64,000 bases of DNA, taken from contig JADIMB010000042.1 of assembly GCA_017694995.1 (NCBI GenBank), positions 3,790 to 67,789 of the forward strand. Reading direction: 5' to 3'. The number at the start of each line of letters is the position of its first letter. Position 1 is the stretch's first letter. Of the stretch, positions 19,639-29,347 are shown one piece after another. The position numbers were made by a program, and so were the translations under genes. The notes under the pieces were generated by a model, which worked only from the letters and a program-made list of their open reading frames with translations, was not told the origin of the DNA and did no database searches. The stretch is from Candidatus Cryptobacteroides faecavium. Its GTDB lineage: Bacteria > Bacteroidota > Bacteroidia > Bacteroidales > UBA932.

Positions 19639-21285
19639 ATGAAAAGACATATTCTCTTTGCAGCAGTCGTACTGTCTATTGCGGTATCATGCACAGGCCG
19701 TGGAATCATCAGAGCACTGGACGATGTCGAATCCTGTTTAAGCGAACATCCTGACAGCGCACTCTCTGTCCTGGACTCTCTTTCTACAGCCGGCATCCAG
19801 GGCCGGGAGGCCAACGCAAAGTTCGCCCTGCTCTATTCGATGGCGCTGGACAAGAGCTATATAGACGCGACGGACGACAGTCTGATAAACATAGCCGTGG
19901 ACTGGTACAGAAAGCACGGGACTGCTGACGAGCGGCTGAAGTCATACTACTATCAGGGCCGGGTCTACCAGAACTCCGGGGACAACGAAGCCGCGATGGG
20001 GAGTTTCGTAAGAGCGGAAGCGGCATCAGGGAATGAAAAGAATGAGACAAAGGGACTTTTATATACTGCCATGTCCGGAATATATATCCAGATTTTTGAT
20101 TTCGTGAAAGCAGAATTATATAATAACAGGGCTAAGAATTGTTACCTCCTTGCAGGAGATACCGACAAATATGCCGGAACAATACTGTTTTCAAGTGACC
20201 TGCACTATGCCAACGGGGACTACAATAGTACAATAGCATGTCTTGATTCTGTAAAAACTATGCTGGACAGCATAAGCACGTCTCACAGGAATGCATACTA
20301 TATCCAGTCCATGAGGATAAAGAGAGACCGGGAAGACCGAGCCGGACTGTCAGACGAACTGAACCAATATCTGTCCTCCACCGGAGCGGAAAACATTTCA
20401 TGGCTTGATGTCGCGGACTACTATACTTATCTCGGACAGTATGACAAGTCAGAATCGGCACTTCAACAGTACCGGGAGTTCCATCCGGAGTATAAAGACG
20501 AGCCGGCATACCATATCGCTGCGTACATACTGAACGATTCACTCGGAGATTACAGGGAGGCGCTTGATGATTATATAAACTATTCGCTTCTCTCGGATTC
20601 ACTGAGCCTTGTCATAGCGGAGCAGGATACAGGATTCATACAGGAACGCTACGAGAAAGACCTGCAGATGGAGAAGGAAAGGAATACCAGATTGCTTGTA
20701 ACACTGATATCTGTGTTCTCCATCATACTTTTAGTAACCATAGCATACATCCTCAGATTCCGGCTCAGGCAGAGCAGAATGGAGAGAGAGTCGCTTGCTG
20801 CCGAAATGTCCAGATACAAGGAAAACTATTCCCGTCTGAAGCTGGAACGGGACGAACTTTCCGAGATGCTCTCGTCAAACCCGCCTGCCGACCGCCAGTG
20901 CATGAGAGTCCTGAATGACCGTCTCGAACTTCTGAACAGGTTCTTCGCAGCCGCCATATCTGGCAACGAGGAGACAGACCGCAAGGCGAGCCATGAACTT
21001 GACCGCCTCGTCGCGGACAGGGACATGTTTCTATATACCACTCGGATGACTTTCGCGGCGGCACATCCGGATTTCATCAGTTACCTTGAATCGAAGGAAC
21101 TGACAGAGCATGAAATCGAATATTGCTGTCTCTACGCGATCGGCCTTAAAGGAAAGGAAATCGGACAGTATATAAAACGGGCTTGCCATTACAACGAAAG
21201 CAGTGACATCAGGGCCAAACTCGGTCTGGGGAAACATGACACCAATCTCGGAATTTATCTCCGGGAACTGCTTCACCGTGAATAG
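19639..21285 (+). CDS. TPR-repeat membrane-anchored regulator with C-terminal LuxR-like HTH
   Basis: Lipoprotein-like N-terminus (AVSC), HPDSALSVL, TPR-like helices, TM segment LLVTLISVFSIILLVTIAYIL, coiled coil, LTEHEIEYCCLYAIGLKGKEIG...IRAKLGL. Confidence 0.75.
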   Translation: MKRHILFAAVVLSIAVSCTGRGIIRALDDVESCLSEHPDSALSVLDSLSTAGIQGREANAKFALLYSMALDKSYIDATDDSLINIAVDWYRKHGTADERLKSYYYQGRVYQNSGDNEAAMGSFVRAEAASGNEKNETKGLLYTAMSGIYIQIFDFVKAELYNNRAKNCYLLAGDTDKYAGTILFSSDLHYANGDYNSTIACLDSVKTMLDSISTSHRNAYYIQSMRIKRDREDRAGLSDELNQYLSSTGAENISWLDVADYYTYLGQYDKSESALQQYREFHPEYKDEPAYHIAAYILNDSLGDYREALDDYINYSLLSDSLSLVIAEQDTGFIQERYEKDLQMEKERNTRLLVTLISVFSIILLVTIAYILRFRLRQSRMERESLAAEMSRYKENYSRLKLERDELSEMLSSNPPADRQCMRVLNDRLELLNRFFAAAISGNEETDRKASHELDRLVADRDMFLYTTRMTFAAAHPDFISYLESKELTEHEIEYCCLYAIGLKGKEIGQYIKRACHYNESSDIRAKLGLGKHDTNLGIYLRELLHRE

Positions 21286-21437
21286 TCCTCCTTTGGAAAC
21301 TTTTCTGTGCAATGTTAAACTCTGCTTTACAAGCATGTTGAAAATCAAATGTTTATAATCCAGAATGTGAAACTATAGTTTTCTCTATAAAACATTTTAT
21401 GGATAACTTTGCATCAGATTTTAAACACAAAAGCCAT

Positions 21438-21881
21438 ATGAAAACAACATTAACCCGTGTTTTTACGATTGGATTTGCAATGATTTTTGCACTGGCTGGC
21501 TGTAAAAAGGATGTCGACTACAGTTATCCGATGGAAATAGTATATCTGAATGAAACAGGACATTCGATAAGCTTAACCATATCATCAGATTATACCCCAA
21601 TGGATATAGTGCTGGGTAAAGGCGGAAGATATTCCAGGACCTGGGCTTCCGGATCCGGACCGAATTACCCTCCGCAACTTACAGAGGCAAAAGTAGTATT
21701 TGATGATGAATACACGGTATTCCACAGAATAACAGATCAGCCAGGTACTTATCATAATGTATGTAATAGTGCCGATTATAAATGCACCACAATGAATGAT
21801 GTAAAGACTGGAAGAGTTTATACTTTTACTTTCACGGAAGAAGACTATAATTATGCGGTCAATGCATCAAAGGCAGACTGA
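21438..21881 (+). CDS. Hypothetical lipoprotein
   Basis: Lipobox LAGC after hydrophobic stretch; TAACTTTG -7 element upstream; ends YTFTFTEEDY. Confidence 0.75.
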   Translation: MKTTLTRVFTIGFAMIFALAGCKKDVDYSYPMEIVYLNETGHSISLTISSDYTPMDIVLGKGGRYSRTWASGSGPNYPPQLTEAKVVFDDEYTVFHRITDQPGTYHNVCNSADYKCTTMNDVKTGRVYTFTFTEEDYNYAVNASKAD

Positions 21882-21909
21882 TCGCCCAGGTTAGGCTTTT
21901 CCACAAAAT

Positions 21910-22635
21910 ATGAGAATATACCCGATCATCATTCTGCTGGCCATGTCATTGACCGCTTTTGCACAAGTGAAGGATGTCAGCGTGCTGGCAGGAGTGAATG
22001 TACCGATGTACAAGGGCATCGAGAGCGATGCGGTGTTGGCCGTGAACTATGGCCGGTTCAACCATAAGGGGCTCGGTTTCCGCGTAGGACTGCAGTGGAG
22101 TCCGTCCGTTGCCGACATAGACAATTCGTTCGGGGTGCCCGTAGCATTTTCATACAGGACCGGATCCAGGGGCTTCTCTGAAAGATTACAGTCCGGTGCC
22201 GCAGGCTCCAGAGACGCAATAGCCTATGAGTCCGCATACGGAGACGCCGGCGGCAAGGCCAGAAGCATGGCCGGCGGATTTCTGATGAACCTGTTCAGCG
22301 ACATGGAGTTCTTCATCGGGCTTACGCCAGGTTATGTGGCAGGGGCGTCCAGCGGCATATTGAAGTCGGCATGGGGCGATTCCTGGCAGTACCGGGAAGA
22401 GACATGGACAGAAAAGAAAAACGCCTTTTCTATTTCCATTGATACCGGGATATGCCTGAATTACAGCGTCTGGAGACTTGACATAAAGCTCATGCCCGGA
22501 TTCCATTATAACCTTACGGCCAACTATATCCATCACAAAATCACCGGGACGGAGGGTGCCGCCATGAGAGAGCATGACACTCCTTTACGCTGGTCCTTTA
22601 CATTCTGCGGGGGGATTGCATACCGTATCAGATAA
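21910..22635 (+). CDS. Putative outer-membrane beta-barrel protein
   Basis: Signal peptide, amphipathic strands, C-terminal GGIAYRIR strand. Confidence 0.6.
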   Translation: MRIYPIIILLAMSLTAFAQVKDVSVLAGVNVPMYKGIESDAVLAVNYGRFNHKGLGFRVGLQWSPSVADIDNSFGVPVAFSYRTGSRGFSERLQSGAAGSRDAIAYESAYGDAGGKARSMAGGFLMNLFSDMEFFIGLTPGYVAGASSGILKSAWGDSWQYREETWTEKKNAFSISIDTGICLNYSVWRLDIKLMPGFHYNLTANYIHHKITGTEGAAMREHDTPLRWSFTFCGGIAYRIR

Positions 22636-22658
22636 GAGGACGGTTTTTACATACCTTT

Positions 22659-22697
22659 AGAGGGCTGCATCAAAACATTCTTTTGACACAGCCCTCT
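22659..22697. terminator. Hairpin between beta-barrel gene and tRNA-Ala 3' end
   Basis: AGAGGGCTGCATCAAAA-CATTC-TTTTGACACAGCCCTCT; fully paired with two G-U pairs in the minus-strand RNA. Confidence 0.65.
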
Positions 22698-22709
22698 TAT
22701 CTTGTCCCG

Positions 22710-22783
<74 letters not shown>

Positions 22784-22858
22784 ATTGTGGGTGCAAATAT
22801 AGCAGTTACTTTCCTTTTCTGCAAAAATATATGCACCCGTCTATATCACAGCCGGACT

Positions 22859-25800
22859 TCAGGCCTCGCCGGAATACGCCTTGACCAGAGCATCCCTCCG
22901 GCTTTCTATATCCTTTGCAAGGGCATCCTGTCCATAGTAAGAAAGGACATCCTTGAGATATGACACGAAATAATAGCATTTGTCGAAATCGCTCGAAGCA
23001 AAGTCATAGAAGCTTGCAAAAAACTCCAGCGACACGAATATCTCCTCCTTGAACCTTTCAGCAAGAGACAGAGCCTTTTCCGCCTGTCCCAGACGCAGGT
23101 ACTCCTCTATGATGCCTATGACGACAGTCTCGTTCGAGAATCCCAGATACGTCATGTCCAGAGGATAATCCGCCTCAGGCACACACTCCTGGCACTTGTC
23201 AAGCATCTCTACGGCCCTGTCGTTCCATCCGGCCTTCTCCATTTCCTTGGCCACATTAAGGAAGAGCAGTCTCTGAGGGAGCACCCCGCAGAAAGTGTAT
23301 GTATTCTGATAGTCCACGAAGTAATCTGTCCTCTTGAGGGCATCCCATGAATACACCTCAGTCATCTTGTGGTACAGGTCCTCCGGGTCAGCGAAACCCA
23401 CCTCCAATGAACTCATCTTGTTCTTGATAGGGACGAACTTGTATGAAAAGCCTTCATACATGAGATACTCCTTTATGCCTATATTGATGTCCCCGCCCAT
23501 ACTGAGGAGATTTATCGGCCTGTCCCACTGATAGTTGGAAAGCAGGTCAAGCATGAAGAGCTCTTGTTTGGTGATACGGTCCTTGCCCTTAGGTATAGTG
23601 AGCACTATCTCGTCCGGAATCTGGTCGGCATACTTGCTGTCGAGAATACCGTACTTGATGACATTCTCCTTGTTCACAGGTATGGAGAACTTCCTTGACA
23701 TTATATAATCTATGGAAGAGCCGTCCTCAAGCGGCACCTTGGCGTCAGGATGCCTGAACACCTCCATCACCACAGACAGAGGGATCACCTGGTCTCTGGT
23801 GTCTATGATAGGAGGCCATTCGTTGGTGCCGTACAGGTACTGCTCCGGACCTACCTTCAGGTCAAGCGGCCTGGACTCGTTCACAGCGTATTTCATCTGG
23901 TCGATATGCCAGTCTGTCCCGAGCAGGGATGTATTGCATATCCTCACGTCAGTCCTTATGCCCTCGACCTCCTGGGCATACCACAGAGGGAATGTATCGT
24001 TGTCCCCGTGTGTCACGAGGATGCCGTCCGGACCTACCGAATTGAGGTAGTTTGCCGCCATCTCCACAGCGGTCTTCCTGTGGCTGCGGTCATGGTCGTC
24101 CCAGTTCTGCTGGGCCATGAGCGCTGGAACTCCCAGGCACATGAGCGAGACCACGGACGCGGCGGCCACATACCTGCTTCCCGACGCGCCTCCGTTCCCG
24201 GCCTCGGCGGCCTTTCCGCCGAGGAGATCCTCCATCAGCGAATATATCGCCAGCACGGCAAGGCCTATCCAGATCGAGAACGCATAGAACGATCCCGCAT
24301 AGGCGTAATCCCTTTCCCTTACCTGGTAAGGCGGCTGGTTAAGGTACAGCACTATGGCGATACCTGTCATGAAGAACAGCAGGAAAGTGAGCCACGACCC
24401 TCTCTTGTCCCTGGAGAACTGGAAAAATATCCCGATGATACCAAGCAGCAGAGGGAGCATGTAGTAGTGGTTCTTGCCCTTGTTGTCCTTAAGATATGAA
24501 GGGGCGTTGCTCTGGTCCCCGAGCCTGGCCTTGTCCAGGAATCCGATGCCCGACTCCCAGTTGCCTATGAAAATATCCCCGGGACTTGGGCTGTGTATCT
24601 CATTCTGCCTTCCGGCGAAATTCCACATGAAATACCTCCAGTACATCCAGTTGAGCTGGTAGTCAAAGAAGAAGCGCATGTTGTCCCCGAAGGTAGGCTT
24701 CTTGTATTCGGCCCCGGGGACGGTCTTGCCGTTCTTAATATAGGAGTTGTAGAACTCCTCGTACCTCCCGTCCCCGTTGTAGGCCCACATGCGCGGGAAG
24801 AGCATCTTGCCTTCCGGGGCATACACAGGCACAGGCTGCCCCTTTGCCTTTATATACTTGTCACCCATAGGAGCCCAGTATGTGGACTGCTCAATCGCCT
24901 CCAGCGGCGCTCCGAAGTACTGGCCGTAGAGAAGAGGAGTAGACCCGTACTGCTCACGTGAAAGATAGCGGATGAGAGTGAAAGGATTGTCAGGCTGATA
25001 CTCGTTCGTAGGGGTCTTCACAGACGAGCGTATGATCATTATGGAGAATACGGAAAAACCTATCACGACTGTCGTAAAGCACAGAAGGACAGTATTCCAG
25101 AACACCTTTTTCCTCTTGAGTGTAGCGAAAAGGCCCCAGAAGCACAGGGCAAGGAGGAGCACCATGAAGACCGCGGCGCCCGTGTTGAAAGGAAGCCCCA
25201 GCGCGTTCACGAAGAACAGGTCCGTATAGGCCGCCAGCTTCGGGAGATACGGGATGATACCGAAGAGCACCACCGCAAGTATCACGCATGAAAGGAGGAA
25301 AATCTTCACATACTCCCAGAAACTGTAATGGCCGTCCTCTCTTTTCCTGTAATAGAACAGGAACACCAGGCACGGTATGGTCAGGAGATTCAGCAGATGG
25401 ACTCCGATCGAAAGGCCCATGAGGAAGGATATCAGGACAATCCATCTGTTGGCATAAGGAGTCCCGGCCTGCTCATACCACTTGGTCATCGCCCAGAATA
25501 CCAGTGCGGTGAACAGGGATGACATGGCATATACCTCACCTTCTACAGCGGAGAACCAGAAAGTGTCCGAAAAACAGTAGGCAAGGGCACCGACTGCACC
25601 GGAGCCGAATATCGCTATCGCCCTCGAGAGAGGATAAGTCCCGTCAGCGGACGGCTTCACAGCCCTTTTCGCAAGGAAAACTATGGTAAGGTAGAGCAGG
25701 AAAATGGTCAATGCGGAGCACAAGGCGCTCATGGCATTTACGGCTATTGCCGCATGCTCCCCGTCGGTAAAAATGGTAAAGAATCGCGCAATAAGCTGGA

Positions 25801-25975
25801 ACACAGGGTTTCCAGGAGGATGCCCGACTTCAAGTTTATAAGAAGATGCGATGAATTCCCCGCAGTCCCAGAACGAAGCGGAAGGCTCTATTGTCATCAG
25901 ATAAGTGAATGCGGAAATCACGAACACGGCCGCTGCTGTGACTCTGCTCCACAGGTTGAATCTCTTTTTGTCCAT
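22859..25975 (-). CDS. DUF2723 (TMEM260-like) multi-pass membrane protein, putative GT-C glycosyltransferase
   Basis: SFWDCGEFIASSYKLEVGHPPG, FWFSAVEGEVYAMS, GVHLLNLL, RERDYAYAGSF, GDNDTFPLWY; many TM helices. Confidence 0.85.
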   Translation of the reverse strand: MDKKRFNLWSRVTAAAVFVISAFTYLMTIEPSASFWDCGEFIASSYKLEVGHPPGNPVFQLIARFFTIFTDGEHAAIAVNAMSALCSALTIFLLYLTIVFLAKRAVKPSADGTYPLSRAIAIFGSGAVGALAYCFSDTFWFSAVEGEVYAMSSLFTALVFWAMTKWYEQAGTPYANRWIVLISFLMGLSIGVHLLNLLTIPCLVFLFYYRKREDGHYSFWEYVKIFLLSCVILAVVLFGIIPYLPKLAAYTDLFFVNALGLPFNTGAAVFMVLLLALCFWGLFATLKRKKVFWNTVLLCFTTVVIGFSVFSIMIIRSSVKTPTNEYQPDNPFTLIRYLSREQYGSTPLLYGQYFGAPLEAIEQSTYWAPMGDKYIKAKGQPVPVYAPEGKMLFPRMWAYNGDGRYEEFYNSYIKNGKTVPGAEYKKPTFGDNMRFFFDYQLNWMYWRYFMWNFAGRQNEIHSPSPGDIFIGNWESGIGFLDKARLGDQSNAPSYLKDNKGKNHYYMLPLLLGIIGIFFQFSRDKRGSWLTFLLFFMTGIAIVLYLNQPPYQVRERDYAYAGSFYAFSIWIGLAVLAIYSLMEDLLGGKAAEAGNGGASGSRYVAAASVVSLMCLGVPALMAQQNWDDHDRSHRKTAVEMAANYLNSVGPDGILVTHGDNDTFPLWYAQEVEGIRTDVRICNTSLLGTDWHIDQMKYAVNESRPLDLKVGPEQYLYGTNEWPPIIDTRDQVIPLSVVMEVFRHPDAKVPLEDGSSIDYIMSRKFSIPVNKENVIKYGILDSKYADQIPDEIVLTIPKGKDRITKQELFMLDLLSNYQWDRPINLLSMGGDINIGIKEYLMYEGFSYKFVPIKNKMSSLEVGFADPEDLYHKMTEVYSWDALKRTDYFVDYQNTYTFCGVLPQRLLFLNVAKEMEKAGWNDRAVEMLDKCQECVPEADYPLDMTYLGFSNETVVIGIIEEYLRLGQAEKALSLAERFKEEIFVSLEFFASFYDFASSDFDKCYYFVSYLKDVLSYYGQDALAKDIESRRDALVKAYSGEA

Positions 25976-25993
25976 ATTTGAAAAATAAAACAG

Positions 25994-26024
25994 GCAAATA
26001 TAGTCAATATGTTCTTATATTTGC
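25994..26024. promoter_or_regulatory. Back-to-back divergent -7 elements for DUF2723 and the SUI1 operon
   Basis: GCAAATATA-N13-TATATTTGC: TATATTTG on each strand. Confidence 0.65.
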
Positions 26025-26041
26025 AAAAATTTAAAGTCCCC

Positions 26042-26389
26042 ATGGCTGACAACGACTGGAAAAAAAGGCTCGGGGTCGTCTTTTCGACCGATCCCGACTA
26101 CATATATGAAGAACAGGAAGAGAAGGAGCAGGCCGAGACTCTCCCTCCTGAGAAGCAGAAGCTTACCGTGACCATAGACCGAAGGAACAGAGGAGGCAAA
26201 CAGGTCACTCTGGTGAGCGGGTTCACAGGTTCAGACGAAGACCTTGCCGAGCTCGGAAAGACATTGAAAGTCAAGTGCGGGGTAGGCGGGACAGCAAAGA
26301 ACGGGGAGATCACCATCCAGGGAGACCTGCGCGACAAGGTGACGGCTCTCCTGAATTCGATGGGGTACAAAGCACGTAGAGGCAACTGA
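26042..26389 (+). CDS. yciH: Translation initiation factor SUI1/eIF1-like
   Basis: RGGKQVTLVSGF, LKVKCGVGGTAKNGEITIQGD; start at ATG 26042. Confidence 0.9.
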   Translation: MADNDWKKRLGVVFSTDPDYIYEEQEEKEQAETLPPEKQKLTVTIDRRNRGGKQVTLVSGFTGSDEDLAELGKTLKVKCGVGGTAKNGEITIQGDLRDKVTALLNSMGYKARRGN

Positions 26390-26390
26390 A

Positions 26391-27140
26391 ATGGCCGGCA
26401 CACAACCAGTTGACAGCGCATTCACAGGCGGGGTCCTGCATCTTGTGCCGCTTGACGGCACCGCCGTGACCAGCCACCAGTCATATGCTTCCGTACAGGA
26501 CACTCCCCTGACAGGGACTCTCCCTGTGTCCATCCTAATAATAATATCGACAGTCATCTGCATAGCCTCATTGAGGAAATACGTGAATCTCGTCCCGTCC
26601 CTGGCCGGGTGCATGGTCAGATGGAAGGAGAACATAAACCTTGAGGACAGCGTGCCGCTCAGCCGCTCCAGGGACTATATATTCTATATACTCGCAATCC
26701 CTTTCTGCATCCTCGCATCGTGCTCCAGGATGTACTGCCCCGAGCTGCTGTCCGGCCTGCCGCCCCAGCTGTATTTCGCCTCAGTGACAGGGGTTTTCAT
26801 ACTTTACTTGTGCTTAAGGAAATCAGCATTCTGGATATTCAGAGGCAGGCGGGCCAGCGAAAAGACATACAGATACGCGGCGAAAAGCTTCCGGACATTC
26901 TTCATCGCCGCGGCCACGACGGCCCTGGCCACAGCGGGGATAATGGGAATCGCTGACGCCGGACAGGATCTCACAGGGAAGGTCCTGCTGTATGAGACAG
27001 GCTTTTTCTACGTGCTGTTCCTGGTGAGGAAAACTCAAATTTTTAAAAACTACTGTTCGCTATTCACAGCAATTTTGTATCTTTGCGCCCTGGAATTTTT
27101 ACCGACAGGTATTTTGGTCGCAACTGCAATTGTTTTATAA
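26391..27140 (+). CDS. DUF4271 family membrane protein
   Basis: Multiple TM segments, C-terminal ILYLCALEFLP motif, position upstream of hemD-rnpA-yidD. Confidence 0.8.
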   Translation: MAGTQPVDSAFTGGVLHLVPLDGTAVTSHQSYASVQDTPLTGTLPVSILIIISTVICIASLRKYVNLVPSLAGCMVRWKENINLEDSVPLSRSRDYIFYILAIPFCILASCSRMYCPELLSGLPPQLYFASVTGVFILYLCLRKSAFWIFRGRRASEKTYRYAAKSFRTFFIAAATTALATAGIMGIADAGQDLTGKVLLYETGFFYVLFLVRKTQIFKNYCSLFTAILYLCALEFLPTGILVATAIVL

Positions 27141-27146
27141 AACGAC

Positions 27147-27890
27147 ATGACTGTTAAGAATATTCTGATTTCCCAGCAGCCACCCAAAGCTGCCTCCCCG
27201 TATTCAGCCATCACTGAAAAATACGGTGTACAGTTTGACTTCAAACCGTTCTTTACCATAGAGCCTCTGTCATCAAGAGAATTCAGGGCACAGAGAATCA
27301 ATATACTGGATCATACCGCAATAGTTTTTTCAGCCAGATCCACGATAGACGCCTTCTTCCACCTCTGCGAGGAGCTCAGGGTCAAAATCCCGGAGACAAT
27401 GAAATACTTCTGCACCACGGAAGCCGTGGCGATGTACCTTCAGAAGCACATTGTGTACAGGAAAAGGAAGATTTTCTTCGGAGACGGCACCCCGTCATCC
27501 ATACTTGCCCTGGTCGGGAGCAAGCACAAGGACGAGAATTTCCTCATAGCCACATCCGACCTTGCGGGCAACGACATCACAAAGGCCTTCCATGACGGAG
27601 GTTTCAAATACGAGAGCGCTGTCTTTGTGAAATCCGTTTCCCAGGACCTCAAAAGCATCGACTTCCCGGCATATGACATGATTGTACTTTACAACCCGTC
27701 CGACGTGAAGTCGATCTATGAGAATTTCCCGGATTTCAATCCTGGTGAAATAAAGTTCGTGGCCTACGGGAAGTCCGTGCTCAAGTCGATGAACGAATCC
27801 GGACTTGAAGTGGCCGTGGCCGCACCTACACCTGAAGCGCCTTCAGTGGCAAAAGCCCTCGAGCTGTATCTGGAAAACCACAAGGGCTGA
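27147..27890 (+). CDS. hemD: Uroporphyrinogen-III synthase-like protein
   Basis: ILISQQPP...[35 protein letters not shown] (Bacteroidota HemD-like). Confidence 0.85.
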   Translation: MTVKNILISQQPPKAASPYSAITEKYGVQFDFKPFFTIEPLSSREFRAQRINILDHTAIVFSARSTIDAFFHLCEELRVKIPETMKYFCTTEAVAMYLQKHIVYRKRKIFFGDGTPSSILALVGSKHKDENFLIATSDLAGNDITKAFHDGGFKYESAVFVKSVSQDLKSIDFPAYDMIVLYNPSDVKSIYENFPDFNPGEIKFVAYGKSVLKSMNESGLEVAVAAPTPEAPSVAKALELYLENHKG

Positions 27891-28252
27891 TGTCCCTGTC
27901 CTCACATACCCTGCCAAAAGAAGAGAGACTGCACGGCAAGAAAGACATTTCAAGGCTGCTTGCAGAGGGGAGATTCGGCACCGTCGCACAGCTGAAATAC
28001 TGCATACGGGACGGGAACGGCCTGCCTTATTCCAGGATCATGGTCTCTGTCCCAAAAAAGCTGTTCAAGAGGGCGGTGAAACGCAATCTCATCAAGCGCA
28101 GGCTGCGCGAAAGCTACCGTCTGCAGAAACGACTGCCAGGTACGGAAGGAGGGTCCGACATCATGTTCATATACGGGACAAAGGAGATACTCCCGTTCAA
28201 GGAGATATACGCGCTGGTAGGCCAGGTGATCGGCAAGGCAGGAGCGAAATGA
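27890..28252 (+). CDS. rnpA: Ribonuclease P protein component
   Basis: [34 protein letters not shown]. Confidence 0.95.
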   Translation: MSLSSHTLPKEERLHGKKDISRLLAEGRFGTVAQLKYCIRDGNGLPYSRIMVSVPKKLFKRAVKRNLIKRRLRESYRLQKRLPGTEGGSDIMFIYGTKEILPFKEIYALVGQVIGKAGAK

Positions 28253-28533
28253 GACGCGGAGGAAACACAGGGCAGTCCGGAAATCCGGGGGAAAGCGCTT
28301 TCAGGAAAGCTGTCAGGAAGGCGTCGGTGCTGCCTTTCGTGGCGCTGATCCGTTTTTACCAGGTCTGCATTTCACCGCTGAAGCCTCCCACATGCCGTTT
28401 CACACCCACATGCTCGCAGTATGCCCTGGAGGCGTTCCGCAGGCACGGGCCATTCAAAGGCCTGTACCTGGCCGTGAGGAGACTTCTACGGTGCCATCCG
28501 TGGGGAGGCTCCGGATATGACCCCGTACCCTGA
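28249..28533 (+). CDS. yidD: Membrane protein insertion efficiency factor
   Basis: [22 protein letters not shown]...[14 protein letters not shown]; start placed at ATG 28249 overlapping the rnpA stop. Confidence 0.92.
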   Translation: MRRGGNTGQSGNPGESAFRKAVRKASVLPFVALIRFYQVCISPLKPPTCRFTPTCSQYALEAFRRHGPFKGLYLAVRRLLRCHPWGGSGYDPVP

Positions 28534-28620
28534 TTATCACTGACACAGCAGCGGGCGCTCCAGCGAAAAATCCGCGGAAGCCCGGAGCAATTACAAATCA
28601 CATAAACTGGACATATCGCC

Positions 28621-29331
28621 ATGCCGAAAAAAGAGAACATACAGAAAATGTTCGACCGCATAGCAGGAGACTATGACAAGCTGAACCACATCATGTCCCT
28701 TGACATAGACAAGAGCTGGAGGAAAAAGGCCGTACGGGAAACGGCCGATACGGACAAGCCTCTGGAAATGCTTGATGTCGCCTGCGGGACAGGCGACTTC
28801 GCCATAGCGCTGGCACGCGCAGCCGCACCCGGCAGCCGCATCACCGGCCTGGACATATCGGAGGGTATGATGAAAATCGGGAGGGAGAAAGTGAAAGCGG
28901 AAGGGCTTTCCGGCAGCATCCGCATGGAGCAGGGCGACTGCGAGCATCTCCGCTTCAGCGACGGCAGCTTCGACAGGGTGTCCGCGGCGTTCGGCGTACG
29001 CAACTTCGAGCACCTCGGCACAGGGCTCCAGGAAATGCTGCGCGTCCTGAAGCCCGGAGGGAAAGCGGTGATACTGGAGCTCTCAGTCCCCGGGAACCCC
29101 GTGCTGCGCTTCCTCTACAAGCTCTACTTCCTGCACATCCTGCCGGCAATAGGAGGGAAAATCTCCGGAGACAAAGGCGCATACAGATACCTGCCGGCCT
29201 CAGTCCTCAGGTTCCCGAAACCGAAGGATTTCATGAAAATGATGACAGACTGCGGATTTGCCGGCGTAAGGACACGTTCTTTCACATTCGGCATCTGCAG
29301 GATGTACTCGGGCACCAGGCCCGGAAAGTGA
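28621..29331 (+). CDS. menG: Demethylmenaquinone methyltransferase (UbiE/MenG)
   Basis: MFDRIAGDYDKLNHIMSL, LDVACGTGD, AFGVRNF, AYRYLPASV. Confidence 0.93.
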   Translation: MPKKENIQKMFDRIAGDYDKLNHIMSLDIDKSWRKKAVRETADTDKPLEMLDVACGTGDFAIALARAAAPGSRITGLDISEGMMKIGREKVKAEGLSGSIRMEQGDCEHLRFSDGSFDRVSAAFGVRNFEHLGTGLQEMLRVLKPGGKAVILELSVPGNPVLRFLYKLYFLHILPAIGGKISGDKGAYRYLPASVLRFPKPKDFMKMMTDCGFAGVRTRSFTFGICRMYSGTRPGK

Positions 29332-29347
29332 ATCCCTCCCCGTCACG

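Noticed and set aside
27805-28248. Apparent 242-aa YidD with long N-terminal extension
   Set aside because: The extension overlaps hemD and rnpA in another frame; ATG 28249 gives a normal-sized YidD
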